A stretch of DNA of 46,333 bases from Octopus bimaculoides (taxonomy: Eukaryota), in assembly GCF_001194135.2 (NCBI RefSeq), contig NC_068984.1:133234616-133280948 (forward strand), written 5' to 3'. Positions within the stretch are counted from its first letter, which is position 1. Every line of letters starts with the position of its first letter. This document shows, one piece after another, positions 13,043 through 21,000 of this stretch. Both the position numbers and the translations under genes were made by a program. The notes under the pieces are model-generated. The model ran no database searches and was not told the origin of the DNA. It saw nothing but the letters and a program-made list of their open reading frames with translations.

Positions 13043-13236
13043 ATATAATATAATAATATACACGCACACACACAAATATATATGTATATATATATAAATG
13101 CTTGTTTTGCTAGTACAAGATTTAATATAAAAAATAAACTAAAATAATTAAACTGTCAAATACCTTGATGAAGTTTTCTCTTGGGTAATTCACAAAGGTC
13201 AATCCTCCTTAAAAATCTTCCTAGGGTCTGCCACAT
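307..13236 (-). CDS. psuG: Bifunctional pseudouridine-5'-phosphate glycosidase / pseudouridine kinase (PsuG-PsuK fusion), multi-exon, 3'-truncated by the window edge
   Basis: Hand-spliced exons join(13236-13164,11806-11695,10384-10299,10010-9919,8714-8603,6427-6321,5465-5339,4807-4687,3368-3283,2014-1890,363-307) total 1098 nt, with all phases consistent and no stops. PsuG motifs: [83 protein letters not shown]. The last visible exon, [10 protein letters not shown], resembles the PfkB kinase N-terminus. Confidence 0.93.
950..1230 (-). mobile_element. Decayed Penelope-like element ORF fragment
   Basis: [34 protein letters not shown] resembles the PLE RT-to-GIY-YIG linker (pattern 'LLQSDP...IF..PP...FRR..NLRDLLV'); recognised from memory. 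Confidence 0.5.
1238..1427 (-). mobile_element. Family A RTE 3' end copy
   Basis: Reverse complement of the element at 1-193. Confidence 0.75.
1890..2014 (-). CDS. psuG: PsuG-PsuK exon 10 (end of PsuG domain plus linker)
   Basis: (N)[41 protein letters not shown]; non-canonical TG acceptor after a U12 branch site; GTAAGT donor. Confidence 0.82.
2302..2520 (+). mobile_element. tRNA-derived SINE (family D), diverged
   Basis: B-box-like GGGTTCAAATTC followed by GTCAACTTTGCCTTTCATCC; matches 11873-12112. Confidence 0.65.
2660..3016 (+). mobile_element. tRNA-derived SINE (family B), about 357 bp
   Basis: A box TGGCCCAGTGG and B box GGTTTCGATTCC; near-identical to 39079-39440. Confidence 0.85.
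3283..3368 (-). CDS. psuG: PsuG-PsuK exon 9
   Basis: [28 protein letters not shown]; TTCAG acceptor, U12-type donor GTATCCTT. Confidence 0.92.
3590..3800 (-). mobile_element. Family A RTE 3' end, diverged, with (CAT/CAC)n tract
   Basis: TTTCTACAGTTGGATACCTCCCCTAAC core in reverse orientation. Confidence 0.6.
4060..4575 (-). mobile_element. Two 5' halves of SINE family C separated by (TA)n/(CA)n
   Basis: Both contain ACACTTGCCCAAGG-like and GGGACTGAACCC motifs in reverse orientation. Confidence 0.7.
4687..4807 (-). CDS. psuG: PsuG-PsuK exon 8
   Basis: [39 protein letters not shown]; poly-Y + AAG acceptor, GTAAGT donor. Confidence 0.93.
4935..5270. repeat. Compound trinucleotide microsatellite (ACT/AAT/GAT/GGT)n
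   Basis: Directly visible. Confidence 0.95.
5339..5465 (-). CDS. psuG: PsuG-PsuK exon 7
   Basis: [42 protein letters not shown]; poly-T + AAG acceptor, GTAAGT donor. Confidence 0.94.
6167..6297. mobile_element. Tc1/mariner-type MITE, 131 bp including TA target duplications
   Basis: TA-CAGGGTGTCCACAA(G)GTCTGGGTACATGG ... CCATGTACCCAGACTTTGTGGACACCCTG-TA; about 28-bp TIRs. Confidence 0.85.
6321..6427 (-). CDS. psuG: PsuG-PsuK exon 6
   Basis: [35 protein letters not shown], containing the Schiff-base Lys motif; TTCAG acceptor, GTAAGT donor. Confidence 0.96.
7255..7930 (+). mobile_element. Penelope-like/retrozyme-like remnant carrying hammerhead motifs
   Basis: Direct repeat TATCCCAGAAACA(CT/GC)TGTAAGAC at 7534-7556 and 7700-7722; CTGATGA core at 7485. 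Boundaries approximate. Confidence 0.5.
7481..7556 (+). ncRNA. Minimal type I hammerhead ribozyme motif (degenerate)
   Basis: Stem I GTCT(7481-84)/AGAC(7553-56); CTGATGA 7485-91; GAAA 7541-44; C-ACTT-G stem III; TA cleavage site at 7551-52; stem II has 2 mismatches in 7 bp. Confidence 0.65.
8358..8585 (-). mobile_element. TTAA-flanked MITE (piggyBac-like ends), family E
   Basis: TTAACCCCTAAGTATT...AATGCTAAAGAGTTAA; same family as 28536-28769 and 30790-30991. Confidence 0.7.
8603..8714 (-). CDS. psuG: PsuG-PsuK exon 5
   Basis: [37 protein letters not shown]; TACAG acceptor, GTAAG donor. Confidence 0.95.
8985..9318 (+). mobile_element. Family A RTE 3' end with ORF terminus (QYAVLEKT) and ~64-bp subrepeats
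   Basis: CAATATGCTGTGCTTGAGAAGACC followed by GCCAGT...ACTGGC units, the family A core and a (GAT)n tail. Confidence 0.7.
9919..10010 (-). CDS. psuG: PsuG-PsuK exon 4
   Basis: [30 protein letters not shown]; TGCAG acceptor, CAG|GTAAA donor. Confidence 0.92.
10299..10384 (-). CDS. psuG: PsuG-PsuK exon 3
   Basis: [28 protein letters not shown]; TTTTAG acceptor, GTAAGT donor. Confidence 0.92.
10600..10935 (+). mobile_element. Family A RTE 3' end copy
   Basis: Near-identical core to 1-193, preceded by 2-3 subrepeats. Confidence 0.78.
11035..11525 (-). mobile_element. SINE family C, near full length, with internal (CA)n
   Basis: tRNA-like head, CORE-like CCTTGGGCAAGT segment, internal microsatellite, 3' body and A-rich tail; matches 34919-35237. 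Confidence 0.75.
11695..11806 (-). CDS. psuG: PsuG-PsuK exon 2
   Basis: [36 protein letters not shown]; TACAG acceptor, AG|GTAA donor. Confidence 0.95.
11873..12112 (-). mobile_element. tRNA-derived SINE family D, full length, CpG-intact (young)
   Basis: Head GGTGGTGAGCCGGCAGAAACGTTAGCACGCCGGGCG, B-box-like GAGTTCAAATTC, (AAGAAAT)n-like tail. Confidence 0.8.
12617..12847. mobile_element. TTAA-flanked MITE, second family
   Basis: CTAACCCTTTTGTTGCC...GGTATCAAAAGGGTTAA; inverted homolog of 32086-32316. Confidence 0.7.
13164..13236 (-). CDS. psuG: PsuG-PsuK coding exon 1 ([24 protein letters not shown])
   Basis: ATG at 13236 in context ACCATG; acceptor TTAG ends at 13258; donor AAG|GTATTT; phase 1 joins exon 2 as G-GA (Gly). 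Confidence 0.75.
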
Positions 13237-14414
13237 GGTGACCCACACTGGAAAACTCTAACAAGAACAGGTAAAAGTGAAGTTGCAAAATGAATAGGTA
13301 ACAGCAAGCTAAGAAAGAAAACAGGTAACAGTAACCTAACAAAGTGATCAGGTAAAAAGCATTATTTTAACTGAAGATTAGAGGGGAAAATAGAGAAAGA
13401 CACAAACGAAGAAAAGATTGAATTTGGTAAGATATAAAGATGAGGATGAAAATAATAGATATAGAGAAACACTAAGGCACTAAACTAAATATTTTACAGA
13501 ATTGAATTTCATCCCTTTTTGTTTATAGTTCAAATCCAGCTAAGTAAATTTTGCCTTTCATCTCTGTCAGGTTATTAAAATAAATATTTGCCATATATAG
13601 AGCTGAATCTAACAACTATACACCAATCCCCACCAAAAATTGGTTTTGTGTCTATTTCAAAGAAATCATTATTAACCCCTTATGCAGGCAAATTTATAAG
13701 GGAGCAACATTGTAAATTAATTTGATTCCTTATTTATATCACTACTGCTTATTTTATCAATCCAATAGTAATGAAAAGTAAAGTAAATCACAAGGGATTT
13801 TAAGTTGGAATGTAGAGAGATAAGGATGGAACAGAATATGTAATGCATTTAGCCTCTCATGTTTCAAACATTTTCATTGTCTTCAATATAAACCATAATA
13901 AAGGATGCTTACGGTAGTTCTGATGGCAGAGATAGTATTAGATAAATAAACTAGACAAAAGTTTCACTTTACCAAGTCAACCAGTATGTACTTAATATAA
14001 GTGAAGCCTTTTGTTTTTATAATCAGTGGTACACTGATTATATACACTGACTAATAAGACAATAGTTTGTTTGTTTTTTGGTTTCAAACACTGGTTTAAA
14101 AAATAATTGAAACAAAGTTTATAAGTTTCATTTGTATCATTAAACAGAGAAATATGGGTCATTAGCAATCTTTGAAGCTAATACAAACATTACTGTTTTA
14201 TTATCTCCTGGGGTGGTGGGGTGAGTAGGACTGCTGAGCTACTTTTTTCTTATTTCTTACTTATCAGATAAGTAGTACGGCTGTTGGATAATGGATTTGA
14301 GTTTCAAGTTTAAACATCATAATCAAAACTCAGAACTTAAAATTATAGTGTCTTAAGAGTTCTAGGAATTGAATCTTATTCAGCTGTTCACAACTCTATC
14401 TTAGTTACCTTTAA

Positions 14415-14513
14415 AGATGAACACCAGAAGATGAACATCAATCAGAAGATGAACATCAGAAGATGAACATCAGAAGATGAACATCAGAAGATGAACATCA
14501 GAAGATGAACATC
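14415..14513. repeat. 14-bp minisatellite (CAGAAGATGAACAT)n
   Basis: Five perfect contiguous units at 14443-14512 plus one full and one partial unit upstream. Confidence 0.95.
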
Positions 14514-14699
14514 TATATCACCATCTGAAAGAAGCTGCAAAGGGCTGTGGGTAATGTCACTCTTGTTTGAAGAAATATATATGTGTGTGTGTGGGTGTGG
14601 GTGTGTGTGTGTGTGTGTGTGTGCGTGCGTGTGTGTGTGTGTGTGTGTGTAAAGTGATGGTTTGTTGCCAACTTAATGTGGCAGTCCCAGGAAAGGGAA

Positions 14700-14915
14700 G
14701 AATGCTACTGCTATTTAGCCAAGTTTTCAAACAGGGGAGATAAACACCTCCCCTCAGCAAAGAGGAAGACGACCTGTATTGATAACTTGCTGGAGGATAC
14801 TGGTACGGAAGGGGTACAGGAGCTGAGGACCATTATGGAAGATCGAGATGAATGGGGAAAACGTGTGGAAACAGTCTTGGGGCATCCTATGGGATGACCT
14901 AGATGAGATGAGATG
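14700..14915 (+). mobile_element. RTE-type LINE C-terminal fragment with (GATGA)n tail
   Basis: TCIDNLLEDTGTEGVQELRTIMEDRDEW resembles RTE ORF ends. Confidence 0.55.
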
Positions 14916-14989
14916 TTGCTGCATGTGTATTCAGAGCTCTTTCTGCCCTTCAATCTAACAACTCCAGTTTTATTCTCAATTCTTTCCTT

Positions 14990-15075
14990 TCAGTGTATCA
15001 ATGGTTTATTTACTGCCATGTCCAGCAGTGCAAACTCCTATGCAGATGACACTGCTCTTCATTCCTTCCAAACAT
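14990..15075 (+). mobile_element. LINE reverse transcriptase fragment (YADD)
   Basis: INGLFTAMSSSANSYADDTALHS matches the CR1/L2-type 'INDL....YADD.TL' motif. Confidence 0.6.
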
Positions 15076-15389
15076 TGCCTGACCATCAGGGCCAGATTAA
15101 GACCCATTGAGGTTCTAAGCACTTAAAAGGTTTTGGTGCCACCATATATATGTAATTCAGAATATGAACAATAATAAACCATAAAATAAATTTTAATTTT
15201 TCAAAATGAAACAAAGTTAACAGAAAAATAGAAAATAATGTTTATTTTTGCCTACTTCCACTTTATTTATATTTGAAAAGTTTTGTCCTACTTTTTATTT
15301 TCAATTGCAAAGTTCTTGATCAGATCCTCACCATGAAACTATGAACACTTCAAAATTATATTTCCAATCATATAATAATAATTGTTGTC

Positions 15390-15840
15390 ATTGTTGTTTA
15401 ACATCCATTTTCCATGCTGGTATAAGTTGGACGGTTTGACGTGGAGACTGCTTGCAGGGAGCTATTCAGACACCAACTGTCTGTTGTGGCATGGTTTCTA
15501 TGGCTGGATGCCCTTCCTAACACCAACCGCTTAACAGAGTGTGCTGGGTGCTTTTTACATGCCACTAACATGGGTGCTTTTTAAGTGGTAGCAGCAACTG
15601 AAAGGACAAACCTGTATGTATGGAAGACAGTGATATTACTTAGCTTGATGTGTCATATCAAGTACAGCAAATTGCTACATCTCCCAGTTCCTTGTCATTT
15701 CCTCAATGAGGCCCAGTATCTGAAGATCCTTTCTCACCACTTCGTCCCACGTCTTCCTAGGTCTATCCCTTCCACAGGTACCATCCACAATTAGAGCTTG
15801 CACTTCTTTATGGAGATGTCCTCATCCATAAGCGAGCTCA
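15390..15840 (-). mobile_element. Family A RTE LINE 3' fragment: ORF C-terminus plus 3'UTR
   Basis: RMDEDISIKKC...GTCGRDRPRKTWDEVVRKDLQILGL...AVLDMTHQAK* followed by the family A core. Confidence 0.75.
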
Positions 15841-16189
15841 AATATTATTTTAGCAAATTTAAAGTGATTTCTTTTGTGCTATAAACCATTTACCATTTCT
15901 ATAGTGCCCCACTTCCTTTGATGTCCTGAGCACATACTTAATTTGCTTAATGGTTAATCCAACACTGCCGACCATATATCACCCACTCACAACTTAAATA
16001 CCATGTGTCAAACCCACACAGCCCCTATTAACGGAGATCTCAAAAGTATCTTCCAATGATGTGTGCCACTTGTTTCTTTTAACAGCAATAAAGGACAAAT
16101 GATACTCATGACAGGCAAACATCATTACACAAGACACTCCCCATTAACTACAAGCAGCACTCAACTACAAATTTCACAATCACTGCACT

Positions 16190-16690
16190 TGGGTCTCACC
16201 TAGCATAAGAATGTCCTTAGCAATGACAAACCCTTTTTTTAAGGGCCAGAAGACACTTCGGCTCCTAACAATTATTAACAGCCTAAAACACTTGGGTAAA
16301 GCCATCACAACTGAGGCAATGCTACAATTGTGCACAGAGACATCCTAAACTGCAACCAGTAAAAGGGCCACCTGTCTGATTGGCATAAAGTCATTTATAG
16401 AAACACTCCAAATTCTGGCACACACATACACTATCTCCTCTCTGTGTCTTTTCTACCTCTACTATAATGGCTCTGCTTCTTGGAGCTGACTAAGCTCACA
16501 ACTTCTTTACTCAGGCATTACTATATTTGTTCTCCCCTTGTCTCAACACCACAGTCACTGCACAAATCGTTACTATTCCTGCTTTCCCACTATGTCAACA
16601 CTCAAGAATTCTCTCCCCTCACAGGTCTTTCCTAAAGTTGTTGACTTACAAAGATTCACGAGGGATATTATTGGCATCGGTTTTACTGGT
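16190..16690 (+). mobile_element. Decayed CR1/L2-like LINE 3' fragment
   Basis: FLRARRHF..QLL, SLCLFYLYYNG, CFPTMSTLKNSLPSQVFPKVVDLQRF, with stops and frameshifts. Confidence 0.6.
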
Positions 16691-17499
16691 CTAAGAAGGT
16701 CATGGTTACTGCCCCTTCCTCTAGTCCTAGTAGTAAATGTGTGTACGCACACATACATACTTATACTCACACATACTCGTCCGCACGCACAGATATATTT
16801 ATCAAAAAGATAATATATGTTGTTAGTAGTATTGCGAAGTTCGCTTGCAGTTATAAGGCTATAGGTTTGATCCTTATACACAAAATCTTTGATAAATTAT
16901 CTTCTACCAAAGCCTCTGGTTTACTCAAGTCTTGTGAGTGAATTTGAGTAGATGGAATTGTGTAGATAAACTTTACTCGTATTTTGAAGGCTCAGCCTTA
17001 TCCCATCACGCTGATTATTTTACCTGGGGGTTGTTTAAATTGCGAGTGTGTGAGGAACATAGAGACACGTACACTTCAATTCAGCGAAAAACCGGAATAA
17101 TCATCGTCGAAACCGATGCAAGAGAAAGATCTGAATAAACACGAAGAAATAGTGTAGAACTAGTGGTTGCAAGGGTCAATATAGGTATGCTATTGCTCAT
17201 GAACGATGAAGTATTGTAAAATAATTTTAACGGAATGAAGTATATTTCAGATGACGAATGAGACGAAGAAGTCTAGTAAAGTGAAGCAAAACAACAACTT
17301 TAATAAGGCCTATTTTTTTTTTTTTGCTTTTGATTTAGAAATTTAAACTTTGAAAGTGTCGTATAGGCGACCCCTACTTAACCTGCTAGAAATAGAAGCC
17401 ACGCTCTCTGTCTCTACGTCTGTCACTCTCAAATATCACGATGCAGTTTTAAAAGAAGACAAATACATTGAATAATGTAGTCCTAAATAAAATATCTGA

Positions 17500-17837
17500 A
17501 TAAAGGAACAGAGGGTCAGAAGAGAAATTTCTTTACTTAAAGGGCTGCTTTACGCGGGCACCTTGTTAAGCGACAACAGCGATGTCTAGTTTAATACCGG
17601 AATGCTGTGCATAAATTGTTTGCGGTCAAAGTCGAAGTATTGACTGATAGCAGTATATTAACTGATAATCACTATTAAATAATATTTACTTACGTCTCTG
17701 GGTCAAAAGTAGAAATCAGATAAACTTACATTACAATGTTTCCAAACAAGATAATGCTACATTAGATACGTATGCGATTATTTAAAGTTATCTTTCCTTA
17801 GTTTAAGCTGAAGTTTCAAAAATAAACCTGTTTGAAA
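17500..17837. promoter_or_regulatory. Putative bidirectional promoter / 5'UTR region between the two divergent genes
   Basis: Repeat-free and visibly richer in CpG than its flanks; minus-strand GTAAGT donors at 17693-17688 and 17729-17724; PsuG exon 1 has an acceptor 21 nt upstream of its ATG, implying an upstream non-coding exon. Confidence 0.5.
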
Positions 17838-18089
17838 ATGTTTAAAAGGATTCCTTTCTATGTTATTTTCCGACTGAACGAAAGATGTCAGAGTACAAGG
17901 TTAAAAGAACTTCTCAACTGTTTTAAAACAAACACATTTATTAATAAGAACGGGAATTTTCAAGTATGTTCGACAGATGCAACAGTGCAACCACCTACAA
18001 ACTTTATTCAACAGCAGCCAATTCTATCTAATCAATACTTGAAAGACCCATTATTGCGGTCTTTCTTAAAACTAGAAGTCCCTTCTTCG
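17838..18089 (+). CDS. aidB: ACAD exon 1 (basic leader + [22 protein letters not shown])
   Basis: ATG at 17838; TCG|GTGGGT donor, phase 0. Confidence 0.85.
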
Positions 18090-21000
18090 GTGGGTATTTA
18101 TTTCGACATTTTGATTATTAATTTTTCGTTAATTTTATTTTTTCCGATCCATTCGTTGTGTAGATTTGGGGATTTTATATGAAACCGTTTGAACTAACAC
18201 TTATATGACACAAGCAGAAAGAACATCTGGTTTCCTTGACGGCTATAATCACAATCACTATTTTAATAGTATTCTTATAATTTTTTAGTATCAGTGAAAC
18301 TTGTCGTTTTCTCTATGGATAATATAAGCGTACGCATTTGCTTTGTTTTCTTCCGTGTTAATACATGGAGGCGGGTTTCCTTCTATAGATAAACGTACCA
18401 GGGGAGAGCATCAAGATATGCGTGTCTGGTATACGTGCACTTACATTACTTAAAGGAGGTGGGTAAACAGAAGGAAAGATAACTTAAATTAGTATCTCAG
18501 CAAGATAATAATTTGCTCCAGTTTTTCACACACACACACACACACACATTATTCTGGTAACATGAACAACATCAAAAGAGACAGAATTAGTTACAGCATT
18601 CTCATGAGACTTAGGAATGGAGTTGGGGCAAGATAAACGCTCATACATGGTAATCAACTAAGGAAAGATTGTTGACCAAGCAGATAACATGTACCAAAAT
18701 TTGGGATACTGGACTGGACACTTGACAAGATCTGCAGCCTGGACATCAAAACTAGAAAAGTACTGACCACCACTGACAACTTCCACATCGACAGCAACAC
18801 CAATAGGATCCATGTGAGACAAAGTGATGACAGTAGAGGCATAAGGTCAGTCCAAACAGCCTTTGAATGTTGCATTTTATCACTCGGACAACACTTGCTG
18901 ACCAGCAAAGAAAGAAATGAGTACATACTCAGAAGTGAGAGCAACAACATCTTCAGTGTTGGCAAAGAAATACTGTACAGATACTCTAAGAATACAACTG
19001 TTTCATGTGACCAAAAGAAAACTGGACTGGCCTACTTAAACAGGAGCTTGGAGGAGAAGCAAGCATCATACCAGCAAAAAGCAATGCATGGCTACATATC
19101 CCATAAACTAGAGGATAAAAACAGCATTGAAAACAAGGAATATTGATAGCACACTCCAATAAAAACAGCAATTCAGTGCAAACATAACAGACTTGATATT
19201 GTTCTGTGGGACACGGGACAAAAGTCATGCACTGTTATAGAGGTCAGCTGCCCAGCGGATGTGAATGCACCATCAAATGTACAGGAAAAAGAGAATATCT
19301 ATGGTGAATTAATGTGGAACTTACAGCTCTTGTATTCTGACTATAAATTCTCATTTGTACCCATCATTATAGGTGCATTATGTTATGTACCTACAAACTT
19401 ACAGAAAAACCTAGAAACACCAGAAATTTAGTTATGGGAGACAGCCAGAACCAATTGTTTTGGTTCATTCCATCTTTGACATGTTTTTGTGGTAGATGCA
19501 TGCTTAGAACTGGATTATTTGGTCTGGCTGCACACAAATAAAATCAGTCAAAATATTTAGATTTTATTAACATGTTTATTTACAGATTGATGTTGCAATT
19601 GGTTTTTACAAAAAGCCATCATGTTGAATACCAGTAGCTTGTGTGTGAGAATGTATGCTTGACAAGGAAATCTTTTAACCGAAAGTTGGAGTATCTTAGC
19701 AACCGGCTAGCCAAAAAGTCATCTATGAGTCCTCTGGAACCCTCTTTCTTGTATTTTTCCCATACATCTCAATTTATAACTATGATTTGGTTCAAAACTG
19801 CATGGAATTTTCCATTAATCTAAACGCCATAAAAATACACCAGAACAACAATTGGCTGAAATACGAACCAAGATCACCTGATAAGGACAGTTGCTGCTCA
19901 ATGTGGAAATTTGATATGCTGTGGCCTGTTTTTCTTTTGTATCTGAACTAATAGGGTCTCAAATGTTGAGTTGTGCAACACTTTCTAGTTCCACAAATAT
20001 AAAGCACTGGAAAATAGAGAAGTGTGGTCTGTGCAGGTGTAAGAAGGCTGGAACACTGAAGCACTGTGCACTTGGTTTTGAGTATTGATACACATGGCAG
20101 TATAATCAAGTGCTTAGAGTACTGGTAGAACTTTCAAAGGCAGGTTTCCTGTCTCCACCACAGATAAAAAGTTGATAACAATAACAATAGAGAAACAAGG
20201 TAAATATCTTCAATAAGCAAATCAAAAAAATTATCAGATTGGTCTTAGCTAGTTTCTCTTTAACTTATATCAGTGGCTCCCAAACTTTTTCGGGCTACTG
20301 TCCCCTTAACACCTAGGCTACATTTCTAGTGCCCCACCACAAATATAGACCATTTTTTGCATCAAATTCAAAACAACTGTATTTCAGAAATAAAACATAA
20401 CCTAATTAACCTATTGTTTTGTTATTTTTACATCAATCCTTTTGACCATCCCATTATTGCCCCCCACTTTTCTTCAGCGTCCCCCTAGATATTTCCACTA
20501 CTTCCAGAGGAGCAGTACTGCCCACTTTGGGAACCATTGATCTATACCAAGCCTTCTAAGTTGTATGAACTCTTTAATCCATACCAGTGGTTCTCAAACT
20601 TTTTTGGGTTGCTGTCCCCTTAGCACCCAGGCTACGTTCCTAGTGCCCCGCCACTGCTCACCACCACAAACACAGACCACGTTTTGGTGTTAATTACTCC
20701 ATCCATCTGTTTTGTCAGATATTTCACTGCACTTCTGTGTATCTATTATTGGAACAATCAAAGCAGTAATGCTTTTTTTTCTTACCTATTCTTTCCCTGT
20801 TAATTTATTTATAGACAAGTTTTAGTATTTTACTATTTACTATTTTGTCATTACTTCAGATTTTGTCTGAATTTGAAGAAGATCTTATCAAGTTTGGAGA
20901 TAAAGTTGAGCAAGAAATCTATGCAATACATCTGCAATGTGATCGACAACAACCTACATTAATATCTTATGATGCCTGGGGAAAACGTGTTGATGTTATT

